From IMG/VR virus record IMGVR_UViG_2926068284_000002, positions 1 through 64,000 of that record: 64,000 bases of DNA. The stretch is one strand, 5' to 3'. Made by a program: the position numbers and the translations under genes. Below the pieces are notes generated by a model. That model was not told the origin of the DNA. It saw only the letters and a list, made by a program, of their open reading frames with translations, and made no database searches. Of this stretch, positions 10,073-20,042 are shown in pieces. The first letter of the stretch is position 1. Every line of letters begins with the position of its first letter. Source of the DNA: a virus (taxonomy: Duplodnaviria; Caudoviricetes).

Positions 10073-10300
10073 ATGAGCGTCCCGACCCGCGACGAGACCT
10101 TCACCGTGTACATCGCTGGCGAGCAGATCGACGGCACCGAACTCGGCATGACCTACATCTACGTCACCACGCCCCTCGGCAAGGTCCGCATGACGCGGGA
10201 AGAGGCCGCCGAGCTGGGCCAGAAGCTCATCGGCGCCGCCGAGTACGACCGGCAGGCCGAAGCCGACGACGACCGCCTCGACGAGGAGTCCGCCTCATGA
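10073..10300 (+). CDS. Phage hypothetical protein
   Basis: AAGGAG RBS. Confidence 0.6.
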   Translation: MSVPTRDETFTVYIAGEQIDGTELGMTYIYVTTPLGKVRMTREEAAELGQKLIGAAEYDRQAEADDDRLDEESAS

Positions 10301-10623
10301 CCGCGACCGTGCAGCCCACGCTCGACGGCACCGCCCCGGCCCAGTCCGCCGACTACGAGACGTGGCTCGCCGTGGTGTGGCCGCACTTCATAGCCGCCGC
10401 GGCGACCGGCAAGACCTTCACCTGCTACCAGGTGGCCGACGCCAACAAGCTCCCCAACCCGCCCAGCCCGCAGGCGCACTGGGGACGCCTCATGACCCTT
10501 CTCCGCGACGAGGGCTACATCCGCACCGCCGGGTGGGCGTGCTCCGACCGGCCCACCACCCACCACTCCGGGGTCAGGACGTGGAAGGGCACCGCCGCAG
10601 CACGGCGGGAGGTGGCGGCATGA
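10297..10623 (+). CDS. Phage hypothetical protein, wHTH-like
   Basis: ATGA overlap. Confidence 0.6.
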   Translation: MTATVQPTLDGTAPAQSADYETWLAVVWPHFIAAAATGKTFTCYQVADANKLPNPPSPQAHWGRLMTLLRDEGYIRTAGWACSDRPTTHHSGVRTWKGTAAARREVAA

Positions 10624-10964
10624 CCGACCTCGACACGATCCTTGCCGCCGGCCAGGCCCTCGCCGCGGTCCATACGGCCGTCGACCAGGCCATCACCGCC
10701 GCCCTTTACTACGGGCCCGGCGTCCTCGCCACCGCCGCGGCCGTCGCCGCCTGGCGCACCGGGCAGTGGACGGTCCGCCGCTACGACCAGAGGCTCCACG
10801 ACCGGGCCGAACGGCGCGCGTACACCGCCCGCGCCGCACGACTCCACCAAGTCGCCCGCAGCGCCGACGCCTACCTCGCCATGCCGCCCGCGCTCATCAA
10901 CGCCCGGCTCGAAGCCCATCTCGCCGCCACCCCAGACCTCGCCAACGAGGGGGAAGAACGATGA
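10620..10964 (+). CDS. Phage hypothetical membrane protein
   Basis: ATGA overlaps on both sides. Confidence 0.55.
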   Translation: MTDLDTILAAGQALAAVHTAVDQAITAALYYGPGVLATAAAVAAWRTGQWTVRRYDQRLHDRAERRAYTARAARLHQVARSADAYLAMPPALINARLEAHLAATPDLANEGEER

Positions 10965-11842
10965 CCACCACAACCCGCCGACCCCGGCCGATCGCCGACC
11001 ACGGCACCCTCTCCCGGTACAAGTACCACGGCTGCAAATGCCTCACCTGCCGGGTCGCCTACAGCGAATACGCCACCAAACGCCGCCGCCAAAGCGCATA
11101 CGGCACCTGGCAGCCGTTCACGCCCGCCGCTCCGGTCCGGCAGCACGTCATGGATCTTCAGCAGGCCGGCATTCCCGTCGACGCCGTCGCCGAAGCCGCC
11201 GGCGTCACCCGCCAGACCCTCGCCCGAATCGTCTACGGCATCCCCGCCGGGAAGCCCACCCAGAAGATTCGCAAAGAGTCCGCCGAGGCAATCCTGCGAG
11301 TCAGCCGTGCCGACTGCCAACTCGGAGACGGCACACGCCTCGACGGAACCGGGACCCGCAGGCGGATCCAGGCACTCGTCGCCGCCGGGTGGAGCTTCGT
11401 CGTGCTCGCCAAAGAGATGGGCTTCAACGACCGGGCCCTTGCCAGCCTCGCCCGAGCAGACCGAGTCACCGTAGCCACGGCCCGCAAGGTCAAAGACGGA
11501 TACAAGCGACTCAACGTGCTAACCCCCGAGCAGTACGGGGTTCGCCCCCACGCCCAGTCCTTGGCCCGCACGGTCGCCGCCCGCGAAGGGTGGGTAACCG
11601 CCGCGGCCTGGGACAACATCGACGACCCGAACTGCGCGCCCGACGCTGACGCGGAAGCCAGCGCGGACACCGAGATCGCTCGTGCGGCGTACCGGCGGGA
11701 GGAAGTGACACGCCTCCACGAGTACCGAACCGCCGACCACGAGATCGCCCAGCGGCTCGGCATGGCGATCTCGACCGTCCGCGGCATCATCACCGAGCTG
11801 GAGAGCGGCCAGCGCCGCAACCGAAAGCGGACGGCGGCGTGA
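10961..11842 (+). CDS. Multi-HTH DNA-binding protein with N-terminal Zn motif
   Basis: HGT..Y..HGCKCLTC; three HTH-like segments. Confidence 0.75.
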   Translation: MTTTTRRPRPIADHGTLSRYKYHGCKCLTCRVAYSEYATKRRRQSAYGTWQPFTPAAPVRQHVMDLQQAGIPVDAVAEAAGVTRQTLARIVYGIPAGKPTQKIRKESAEAILRVSRADCQLGDGTRLDGTGTRRRIQALVAAGWSFVVLAKEMGFNDRALASLARADRVTVATARKVKDGYKRLNVLTPEQYGVRPHAQSLARTVAAREGWVTAAAWDNIDDPNCAPDADAEASADTEIARAAYRREEVTRLHEYRTADHEIAQRLGMAISTVRGIITELESGQRRNRKRTAA

Positions 11843-12075
11843 ACACCGACCTGTCGTGGCAGGAGTCCGCTCTCTGCGCCCAGACCGACCCGGACGCGCA
11901 CTTCCCCGAGGCCGGCGGCAGCGCACGGGCCGCGAAGAAGACCTGCCTGGCCTGTGATGTGCGCTCCGAATGCCTGGCCTACGCGCTCGACACCGGGCAG
12001 CGCCACGGGGTGTGGGGCGGGCTCGGCGAACGCGAACTCCGGAAGGCCACCGCACGGCTCAACCGCGCCGCATGA
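11839..12075 (+). CDS. whiB: WhiB-family transcription factor
   Basis: Four Cys (C..DPDAHFP..C..C..C) and GVWGG motif. Confidence 0.92.
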   Translation: MNTDLSWQESALCAQTDPDAHFPEAGGSARAAKKTCLACDVRSECLAYALDTGQRHGVWGGLGERELRKATARLNRAA

Positions 12076-12155
12076 CGAGGGCGGGCCACCACACGTGGCC
12101 CGCCCACACGCACAACAACCCCGCCACGGCGGGGGAGGGAGGAGGGGAAGTGACG

Positions 12156-12404
12156 TCAGTCCTCGGCGGCCGGCTTCTTACGACGCACGACGACCTTGCG
12201 CTTGGGCGCGTCGGGGTCCGGCGCGATCTTCGCGACCCACTCGCGGGTGAGCCCAGTGAGCCGTGCCAGCTCGGACGGTCCGATGTCCTCGGTTCGTGCC
12301 GTGACCAGCAGGTCTCGGAGCTCTGCGTCGGCGCGAGTGAAGGCGTCTTTGGCTCGCGCGCGCTTCTTCGCGGCGGCCTGCACCCTGTCGCGGATCTCTT
12401 CCAT
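12156..12404 (-). CDS. Small HTH repressor, divergent from the DUF5131-methylase operon
   Basis: [23 protein letters not shown]. Confidence 0.7.
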   Translation of the reverse strand: MEEIRDRVQAAAKKRARAKDAFTRADAELRDLLVTARTEDIGPSELARLTGLTREWVAKIAPDPDAPKRKVVVRRKKPAAED

Positions 12405-12593
12405 GACACACATGCTGCCATGCGCGAACACCGTTCCGCTACCCATGCGCGCATAGGGCTCGCGAACGGGCTATGCGAACGGTATTCTCATGTCTGCGGT
12501 CGAGAGATCGCAGAAACCGGGCGACCAACGGGCCTGGTTCCGTGCGCCCTTTTGGCAGTCGCACGACACGCCTCCCACTCAAAGAGGTTCTCC

Positions 12594-13661
12594 ATGAGCA
12601 AGATCGAATGGACCGAGCAGACCTGGAACCCCACCACCGGCTGCGACCGCATCAGCCCCGGCTGCGACAACTGCTACGCCCTCACCATGGCCAAGCGCCT
12701 CAAGGGCATGGGCTCCGCCAAGTACCAGAACGACGGCAACCCGGTGACCTCCGGCCCCGGATTCGCCATCACCGCCCACCCCGACACCCTCACCGAGCCC
12801 CTCCGCTGGAAGAAGCCCCGCAAGGTCTTCGTGAACTCCATGTCGGACCTGTTCCACGCCCGGGTGCCCCGCGACTTCCTCGCCCAGGTCTTCGCCGTCA
12901 TGGCCGCCACACCCCAGCACACCTACCAGATCCTCACCAAGCGCCCCGACCGTGCGGCCCGCATCCTCACCGACCTCTGCACCTGCGGCACCGGCCACCC
13001 GCCCGGCGAGCACTTCCGCTCCTCCATGGAATGGGCCGCCACCTCCCACAGCCCCACCTACGTGCCCGGCCTGGAACACGGCATCTACCACCGCGCTGGC
13101 TGGCCCCTCCCGAACGTGTGGATCGGCACCTCCGTCGAGAACCAGAAGTACGCCGACCTCCGTATCCCCGCACTCCTCAAGACGCCCGCCGCCGTCCGGT
13201 TCCTCTCCATGGAACCCCTCATCGGCCCCGTCGACCTCTGCGGCCCCATCGTCCCCGGCCGAGGACGCCCCCGACTCACCTACTGGCTCGACGGACGCCC
13301 CGGGTACAGCGACCCCGTACCCACCGGAACTGGCATCGAGATGCGTTCCTTGACCACCGGGCCCAGCCTCGACTGGGTCATCGTCGGCGGCGAAAGCGGC
13401 CCTGGCGCCCGCCCGATGAACCCGGCCTGGGCCACGCAGATCGTCCAGGAGTGCCAGTACTCCAAGGTCCCCGTGTTCGTGAAGCAGCTCGGCACCCTCT
13501 GGGCCCGCGACACCTACTGGGCCGGCAAGTCCGTCGCAGCCCACGGCGACACCAAGGGCGGCGACCCCACCTACTGGCCGACCCAACTCCGCGTCCGCGA
13601 GTACCCGCAGAGCGTTGGCGCGGCCTCCACGCGCTCTTCAAGCAGCAAGGACATTGCCTGA
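12594..13661 (+). CDS. DUF5131 (phage Gp37/Gp68) radical-SAM-like protein
   Basis: [47 protein letters not shown] motifs. Confidence 0.9.
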   Translation: MSKIEWTEQTWNPTTGCDRISPGCDNCYALTMAKRLKGMGSAKYQNDGNPVTSGPGFAITAHPDTLTEPLRWKKPRKVFVNSMSDLFHARVPRDFLAQVFAVMAATPQHTYQILTKRPDRAARILTDLCTCGTGHPPGEHFRSSMEWAATSHSPTYVPGLEHGIYHRAGWPLPNVWIGTSVENQKYADLRIPALLKTPAAVRFLSMEPLIGPVDLCGPIVPGRGRPRLTYWLDGRPGYSDPVPTGTGIEMRSLTTGPSLDWVIVGGESGPGARPMNPAWATQIVQECQYSKVPVFVKQLGTLWARDTYWAGKSVAAHGDTKGGDPTYWPTQLRVREYPQSVGAASTRSSSSKDIA

Positions 13662-15073
13662 TGACTCTCACGAATCTCCGCACTCTGGCGGGCGACACCA
13701 CAGACGGCTTCGCCGGAGCAGGCGGCTCGTCTGAGGGCGCACGGCAGGCCGGTGTCACCGTCCGCACCGCCCTCAACCACTGGCGGCTCGCCGTCGACGT
13801 CCACCAGGCCAACCACCCCGACACCGCCCACGACTGCGCCGACATCTCCCAGGTCGACCCGCGGCGCTACGCCACCACCACGTTCGCCTGGTTCTCCCCG
13901 TCCTGCACCAACCACTCCATCGCCCAGGGCAAGAAGCGCCACCAGGACGCCACCCCCGACCTGTTCGGCGAGATCCTCCCCGACGAGGCCGCAGAACGCT
14001 CCCGGGCCACCATGTGGGACGTCATCCGCTTCGCCGAGTTCCACGAGTACCGGGCGATCATCGTCGAGAACGTCGTCGACGCCCGCGAATGGATCCTCTG
14101 GCCCGCCTGGATCGCCGCGTTCCAGGCCCTCCGCTACCGGTTCAAGCTCGTCTGCCTCAACTCCATGCACGCCACCGCCCTCGGCGACGGCGCCCCCCAG
14201 TCCCGCGACCGCATGTACGTCGTCCTGTGGCGCGACGGCGAGAAGGAGCCGGACTTCGACAAGTGGCTGCGGCCCACCGCCCACTGCGCCAGCTGCGACC
14301 GGGTCGTGCGTGCCGTCCAGGTGTGGAAGAACCCGCGGCGCCAGTACGGCAAGTACAAGACCCAGTACGTGTGGCGGTGCCCCACCGTCCGCTGTCACGC
14401 CGAGGTGTTCCCCGCGGTCCGGCCGGCCTCCGACGCCATCGACTGGGCGCTGCCCGCGCAGCGGATCGGTGACCGTACCCGGCCGCTCGCCGAGAAGACC
14501 ATGAAGCGCATCCGCGACGGCTTCACCGCCTACTCCAAGCCGCTCCTGGTCCCCGTCGAAGGGCGCGAGGGCAAGGTCGCCCGGCCCGCCGACCTCCCGA
14601 TGCGGACGTGCACGGCCCGCAACGAAACCGGCGTGACCGTCCCGCCGTACATGGTCGAACTCCGCGGCGGATCGTCCTCACACCGGGCCGTATCCGAGCC
14701 GCTCGCCACCGTCTGCGCCTCCGGCAACCACCACGGCCTCGCCGTCCCCGACATGGTCGTCCCCTACTACGGCAACGCCAACGCTCGACCCGCCACCGAG
14801 CCGATCCCGACCGTCACCACTGTCGACCGCCACGGGCTCCTCGCAGGCGGCGTCGTCACCGCAGTCGAAGACCTCGGGTTCCGAATGCTGGAGCCGGCCG
14901 AGTACGCCCGGGCCATGGAGTTCCCCACCTCCTACCTGTGGCTCGGCAACAAGCGTGAGCGGGTCCGAATGGCTGGGAACGCCGTTACCCCGCCCGCCGC
15001 CCGCGACCTGTTCGCCATGGTCTCGGAGGCCATCCTCGGCACCTCCTTCGAGCCGCTCGGTGCCGCCGCGTGA
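13661..15073 (+). CDS. DNA (cytosine-5) methyltransferase
   Basis: FAGAGG (motif I), SPSC (IV), ENV (VI), QSRDR (VIII), GNAV (X). Confidence 0.9.
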   Translation: MTLTNLRTLAGDTTDGFAGAGGSSEGARQAGVTVRTALNHWRLAVDVHQANHPDTAHDCADISQVDPRRYATTTFAWFSPSCTNHSIAQGKKRHQDATPDLFGEILPDEAAERSRATMWDVIRFAEFHEYRAIIVENVVDAREWILWPAWIAAFQALRYRFKLVCLNSMHATALGDGAPQSRDRMYVVLWRDGEKEPDFDKWLRPTAHCASCDRVVRAVQVWKNPRRQYGKYKTQYVWRCPTVRCHAEVFPAVRPASDAIDWALPAQRIGDRTRPLAEKTMKRIRDGFTAYSKPLLVPVEGREGKVARPADLPMRTCTARNETGVTVPPYMVELRGGSSSHRAVSEPLATVCASGNHHGLAVPDMVVPYYGNANARPATEPIPTVTTVDRHGLLAGGVVTAVEDLGFRMLEPAEYARAMEFPTSYLWLGNKRERVRMAGNAVTPPAARDLFAMVSEAILGTSFEPLGAAA

Positions 15074-15165
15074 CCGCCCGCCCGGACCCCGCCCCCACCT
15101 GACCTGAACGCGGGCCCCACACCGCCCCCGCCCGTACCTATCCGCACCGCCAGGAAGAAGATCCC

Positions 15166-16134
15166 GTGAGCACCGAGGCAGTCGACTGGGCCATGGACAA
15201 GGCGCCCATGCCGCGCACCGAGAAGGGCAAGCCCGACACCACGGGCCGACACGTCCTTCAGGTGCTCGCCGAGTACGCCAACCCGGCAGGCGCCAACACC
15301 CACCCCTCGGTGCTGCGGATCCAGTTCCGGACCGGCTACGACCGGACGACGGTCCAGCGGGCCTTGCGGAGGCTGGAGAAGGCCGGGCTGATCCGCCGGG
15401 ACGGTTCGGTCGACAGCCGGACGCGGTGGCAGCTGGCCATGGAGATGGTGCGCCCGGCGTCGGACTGGACGGATCTGGAGCGCGAGGAGAACGAGTACCG
15501 GGCTGCGGCTGCGGAGCGGAAGCGACGGTCCCGATCGAAGGGCGTCACAGGCGCAGAGTCCGTGACCGTCACGGACTCAAAGCCTGTGACTGTCACGGAC
15601 GCAGAGTCTGTGACAGGCGATGTCACAGACTCTGCGCCCAGCCGTCACGCACTTAACGCCCAGCCGTCACGCACTCAACGCCGCCCTAACCACCAACAAC
15701 CACCAGTCAACCAACTACATAAAGACTCTTCTTCGCCTTCGGCTCAGCAAGACACCGCAGCAGCCCCGGAAGAGGCCAAGCCCGCAAGCAAGCCGCGCGC
15801 CCCCAAGCCGGCAAAGAGCGAGCACCTCGAAGCCTTCGGAGGCTTCTGGCTGACCTACCCGAAGCGGCGCGACAAGGAAGCCGCGAAGAAGGCATGGCTC
15901 GCCGCCATCGAACGCGGCGCAGACCCCCAGCACATGATCGCCGCTGCTAAGGGCTACGCCCACGAGCGAGCCGGCCAGGACGCCAAGTACACGAAATACC
16001 CGGCCACCTGGCTCAACAAGGGCTGCTACGACGACGAACCCGACCAGCCCAGCCGCCCCCACCTCCGAGCCGTAGGCGACTACCAGCCCTGGCGCAACCC
16101 CGAAGACCACTCCAGCTACTACGAGGAGCTCTAA
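15166..16134 (+). CDS. Phage replication initiator (lambda O-like, N-terminal HTH)
   Basis: N-terminal HTH, internal iterons, C-terminal FW..YPK...YPATWLN; upstream of DnaC/DnaB genes. Confidence 0.82.
   Translation: MSTEAVDWAMDKAPMPRTEKGKPDTTGRHVLQVLAEYANPAGANTHPSVLRIQFRTGYDRTTVQRALRRLEKAGLIRRDGSVDSRTRWQLAMEMVRPASDWTDLEREENEYRAAAAERKRRSRSKGVTGAESVTVTDSKPVTVTDAESVTGDVTDSAPSRHALNAQPSRTQRRPNHQQPPVNQLHKDSSSPSAQQDTAAAPEEAKPASKPRAPKPAKSEHLEAFGGFWLTYPKRRDKEAAKKAWLAAIERGADPQHMIAAAKGYAHERAGQDAKYTKYPATWLNKGCYDDEPDQPSRPHLRAVGDYQPWRNPEDHSSYYEEL
15544..15735. repeat. Putative replication origin: iterons plus A/C-rich tract inside the initiator gene
   Basis: Three 24-bp palindromic units GTCAC-N13-GTGAC, further GTCAC units at about 22-bp spacing, then an A/C-rich stretch. 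Confidence 0.75.
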
Positions 16135-16137
16135 CCC

Positions 16138-16848
16138 ATGGACCTGATCCCGCCCTACGACCCCGCCAAGCACGGCCTTCTGCCGCTGCTCGCCCGTCAG
16201 GGCCGTACCGCCGACTGGTTCACCGCCGACAACGGCGACCCGTTCAGCGAGTCGAACATCGCCCGCTGGTCCTCGCACACCACCGCCAAGAACATCCCGT
16301 TCATCTACCAGCGGGCCGTGTCCGAACGTCCCGAGATCAGCCAGTGGATCACCGCCCTTGCCGACCAGGCCCGCCAGGTCCAGGCCGAACGCAACGCCCC
16401 CGTGCCCAGCGTCGTCCGTGGCCCCTCGCTGCTGCTCCTCGGCCCCACCGGGGTCGGAAAGACCTACGAGGCGCACGCCGCGATCCGGGAACTCGCCGTC
16501 ACCGGTGTCGTCGCCCGGTGGACCGTCACCACCGCAGCCGACCTCTACGCGAAGCTCCGGGTCCGCCACGGCGTCGACACCGAAGCCGAGTTCGCCAAGT
16601 ACGTGAACGCCACCGTCCTCCTCCTCGACGACATCGGTGCCGCGAAGGTCAGCGAGTTCACCGAGGACATCAACTTCCGGCTCATCAACCACCGGTACGA
16701 GAACAAACTCCCCACCCTGCTCACGTCGAACGTCGCACCCAAGGAGCTCGTCGGCCGCGTCGGCGACCGGGTCGCGTCCCGGCTCAACGAAATGTGCCAG
16801 CGGGTTGTCATCACCGGCCCCGACCGCCGCAGGGGGCAGGCCGCGTGA
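16138..16848 (+). CDS. DnaC/IstB-like AAA+ helicase loader
   Basis: GPTGVGKT Walker A, LLLDDIG Walker B, TSN, R..SRL. Confidence 0.88.
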   Translation: MDLIPPYDPAKHGLLPLLARQGRTADWFTADNGDPFSESNIARWSSHTTAKNIPFIYQRAVSERPEISQWITALADQARQVQAERNAPVPSVVRGPSLLLLGPTGVGKTYEAHAAIRELAVTGVVARWTVTTAADLYAKLRVRHGVDTEAEFAKYVNATVLLLDDIGAAKVSEFTEDINFRLINHRYENKLPTLLTSNVAPKELVGRVGDRVASRLNEMCQRVVITGPDRRRGQAA

Positions 16849-18218
16849 GCATCGACACCGACCTCTGGACCCACGCCGACACGGCCCCCGTGACGGACTT
16901 CGAGCGGATGCCGCCCGCCAACCTGGACGCCGAAGTGTCCGTCCTCGGCGGGATGATGCTCCACCCCCACGCAATTGCCGAAGTCCTCGACGGGCCCCTC
17001 GAAGCCGACGACTTCTACCGGCCCGCGCACGCCATCGTGTACGGCGCCATCACCGCCCTGTACGCCAAGGGCGAGCCCGTCGACCCGATCACCGTCACCA
17101 ACGAACTCCGCGAAACCGGACTCCTCGACCGGGTCGGAGGCATCACCGCGGCCTCCGACCTGGTGCAGCAGACCCCCAGTGCCGCGCACGCCGGCTACTA
17201 CGCCGACATCGTCCACGGTGCCGCGAAACTCCGGCGAATCACCCAAGCCGGAACCCGCATCACCCAGCTCGGCTACGCGGGGGGAGACCCCGACGAAACC
17301 GCGGACGCCGCACAGACCGAACTCAACAACGCCATCCAGACCAGCGAAGACCCCGACTCCGCGCCCATCGGTGACGACTTCGACCAGATGGTCGACGAGC
17401 TCGTCGAGCTGGGGAAGAACGGGGCCGCGATGGGCGTCCCCACCGGATTCGCGGACCTCGACGAACTTCTCAAGGGCCTCCACCCCGGCCAGATGGTGAT
17501 CATCGCCGCCCGGCCCGCCATGGGAAAGTCCACGCTCGCCGTCGACTTCCTCCGCTCCTGCTCCATCAAGCACCAGCAGCCGTCCGTGTTGTTCAGCCTC
17601 GAAATGAGCCGGCGCGAAGTCCAGCACCGCATCATGTCCGCCGAAGCACGCGTCGCCCTGCACCACATCCGCGGCGGAAACATGACCGACTCCGACTGGG
17701 CCCGGTTCGCCCAGCGGCTCCCCGACGTCACCGCGGCACCCATCACCATCGACGCCACATCGACGCTGACGATGACGCAGATCAAAGCCCGCGCCCGAAA
17801 GATCAAGCAGCGGTCCGGGCTCGCCCTCGTCGTCATCGACTACCTCCAGCTCGTCAGCTCCGGCAACGGGCGCCGCGCCGAAAACCGGCAGCAGGAAGTC
17901 TCCGACATGAGCCGCGCGATCAAGCTCATGGCCAAAGACCTCGAAGTGCCCGTCGTCGTCCTCGCCCAGCTCAACCGCGGCCCCGAACAACGACAGGACA
18001 AGAAGCCCACCAAGTCCGATCTCCGCGAGTCCGGATCCCTGGAGCAGGACGCCGACGTCGTGATCCTCCTGCACCGCGAAGACGCCTACGAAAAGGACTC
18101 CGCCCGCGCCGGCGAAGTCGACCTCATCGTCGACAAGCACCGCAACGGACCCACCGCGGTCATCACCGTTGCCGCGCAGCTCCACTACAGCCGCTTCGTC
18201 GACATGGCGCAGGTGTAA
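16845..18218 (+). CDS. dnaB: Replicative DNA helicase
   Basis: AARPAMGKS, FSLEMS, IDYLQL, QLNRG, DLRESGSLEQDAD, KHRNGPT. Confidence 0.95.
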   Translation: MSIDTDLWTHADTAPVTDFERMPPANLDAEVSVLGGMMLHPHAIAEVLDGPLEADDFYRPAHAIVYGAITALYAKGEPVDPITVTNELRETGLLDRVGGITAASDLVQQTPSAAHAGYYADIVHGAAKLRRITQAGTRITQLGYAGGDPDETADAAQTELNNAIQTSEDPDSAPIGDDFDQMVDELVELGKNGAAMGVPTGFADLDELLKGLHPGQMVIIAARPAMGKSTLAVDFLRSCSIKHQQPSVLFSLEMSRREVQHRIMSAEARVALHHIRGGNMTDSDWARFAQRLPDVTAAPITIDATSTLTMTQIKARARKIKQRSGLALVVIDYLQLVSSGNGRRAENRQQEVSDMSRAIKLMAKDLEVPVVVLAQLNRGPEQRQDKKPTKSDLRESGSLEQDADVVILLHREDAYEKDSARAGEVDLIVDKHRNGPTAVITVAAQLHYSRFVDMAQV

Positions 18219-18625
18219 GCGATGACCGACAACTGCCCGAGCTGCCCTCGGGAACATGTCCGGCCCATCGCTGAACACCGAGACAACACCCAGGTCAGCC
18301 ACCTGTACCGCTGCCCGGCGTGCGGCGTGACGTGGTCCACGAACCGGGATCTGCGGGCCTACGGGGAGGCGGCGTGACGGCTTCGGATCGGGGGACCGGT
18401 CGTCGGCTGGGGCGCGGGCGCGACCCGGCAGTGCCGCCGTCGCGGGACAGAAACCGGTCTCTCGCGGGCGAACAGCCCTCCGGAGTCCGGGAGTCCCGGC
18501 GGACTGGAGAACGCCAGGGAGGGGCTCAGTCAGGCGCCCTGAACTCAGATGAGCAGATTCCCGGTCAAACCGTCCTGGAACTCCGGCACATGCAACCCAC
18601 CCTCTGGTCTCTCTGAAAGGCGATC

Positions 18626-19150
18626 ATGAATAGCAAGATCCTTAAGGCGGGGTTCCTCACCGCCTACGTGGCCACCATCCCCGTCGCGAACCTCCTCGTC
18701 GCCCACTTCGGTGCCGTCCCCGTCGGGTTCGGTGAAGCCGCCCCGGCCGGTGTGTACATGGTCGGTCTGGCCCTCGTCCTGCGGGACCTGGCCCGGGAAA
18801 CGGCCGGCCGGGCCGCGGTGTGGGCGGCGATCGGGGTTGGTGCGGTCCTGTCGTGGTGGCTGGCCGACCCGGCCCTGGCCGTGGCTTCGACGGCGGCGTT
18901 CGTGGTGGCGGAGTCCATGGACTTCGCCGTGTACGAACCTCTTCGCCAGCGGGGCCTGCTCGTCGCGATGGTTGCCTCGAACGTGGTGGGCATGGCCGCG
19001 GACAGCCTGATCTTCCTGCACCTGGCGTTCGGCAACTTCGACTACCTGGCCGGGCAGCTCCTCGGCAAGGCGTGGATGACCCTGGCCGCGGTCGCCGTCC
19101 TCTCTACGATTCGCGCGGCACGCCAGCCTCGACAGGGGGCGGCACTGTGA
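18626..19150 (+). CDS. VUT/YhhQ-family (queuosine precursor) membrane transporter-like protein
   Basis: Multi-TM protein with ANL, LRDL, ASTAAF..AES.DF.VY, ASN.VG..ADS.IFL..AFG, GQLLGK motifs. Confidence 0.78.
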   Translation: MNSKILKAGFLTAYVATIPVANLLVAHFGAVPVGFGEAAPAGVYMVGLALVLRDLARETAGRAAVWAAIGVGAVLSWWLADPALAVASTAAFVVAESMDFAVYEPLRQRGLLVAMVASNVVGMAADSLIFLHLAFGNFDYLAGQLLGKAWMTLAAVAVLSTIRAARQPRQGAAL

Positions 19151-19962
19151 CCCGCTTCTACCTCGGCGTTCCCCCCGGCTGGCTCAAGCGCCCCGAGTTC
19201 ACCGGCATACCGATGTTCGTGTCGAACCGGCCCCTCTCAAAGGTGAAGACACTGGAGCCCGCGGTCGGACCGACAGCTGTGGACTCGGCCGGGTTCTCCG
19301 AGCTCGACGAACACGGCACCTGGGACCACGGGCCCACCCCCCGCCAGTACGCCGCCCAGATGGCCCGCTACCGGGACGAGATCGGCATCGACTGGGCCGC
19401 CCCGCAGGACTGGATGTGCGAGCCCTGGATCATCCAGAAGACCGGGCTGACCGTGCTGGAGCACCAGCGGCGCACCATCGGCTCCTACCTCGACCTGAAG
19501 GCAATCGACAGCACCTTGCCGATCGCCCCGGTCCTGCAAGGCTGGGAGATCCCGGAGTACGAGCGACACATCAGCATGTACGAAGCTGCCGGTGTCGACC
19601 TGCGCGCCCAGCCGATCGTCGGCATCGGGTCGGTTTGCCGCCGCCAGGGCACCCGTGAGGCTGCCGACCTGGTACGCCGGATCGCGGACTACGGGATCCC
19701 GCTCCACGGCTTCGGGTTCAAGATCGACGGTTTGCGGACTGTTGGTGACCGGTTCACCTCTGCGGACTCCATGGCCTGGGCTTACGCCGGCCGCCGTGAA
19801 CCGGCCGGCTGCGAATACCGGTCGCCCGGATCGCGTGGCCCGCACAAGAACGAGGCCAACTGCCCCCGCTATGCCCTGGTGTGGCGGCAGAAGGCGCTGG
19901 CAGCCCTGCGGGTCAGTCAGAACGCCCCCTGCCAGTTGTCTCTCGATCTGACCGCCGTATGA
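19147..19962 (+). CDS. TGT-fold guanine transglycosylase-like (DpdA-like) protein
   Basis: VDSAGF, PQDWMCEP, PVLQG, GIGSVCRR, LHGFG, SADSMAW motifs; GTGA-coupled to the VUT gene. Confidence 0.72.
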   Translation: MTRFYLGVPPGWLKRPEFTGIPMFVSNRPLSKVKTLEPAVGPTAVDSAGFSELDEHGTWDHGPTPRQYAAQMARYRDEIGIDWAAPQDWMCEPWIIQKTGLTVLEHQRRTIGSYLDLKAIDSTLPIAPVLQGWEIPEYERHISMYEAAGVDLRAQPIVGIGSVCRRQGTREAADLVRRIADYGIPLHGFGFKIDGLRTVGDRFTSADSMAWAYAGRREPAGCEYRSPGSRGPHKNEANCPRYALVWRQKALAALRVSQNAPCQLSLDLTAV

Positions 19963-20042
19963 CCCACGCAGTACCGGCTGCCCCCGTTGGACCCGGGGGC
20001 AGCCGGCCCGCCCACCGTACCTGCACTCACCTGGAGCCCCAC

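Noticed and set aside
12473-15073. 866-aa methyltransferase ORF; similarly the extended 7983..9476 and 42274..44376 ORFs
   Set aside because: The N-terminal extensions overlap real upstream genes in other frames; true starts are 13661, 8592 and 43521
15544-15686. Possible mini-CRISPR or protein repeat
   Set aside because: Tandem units without unique spacers inside a replication initiator; iterons explain them better
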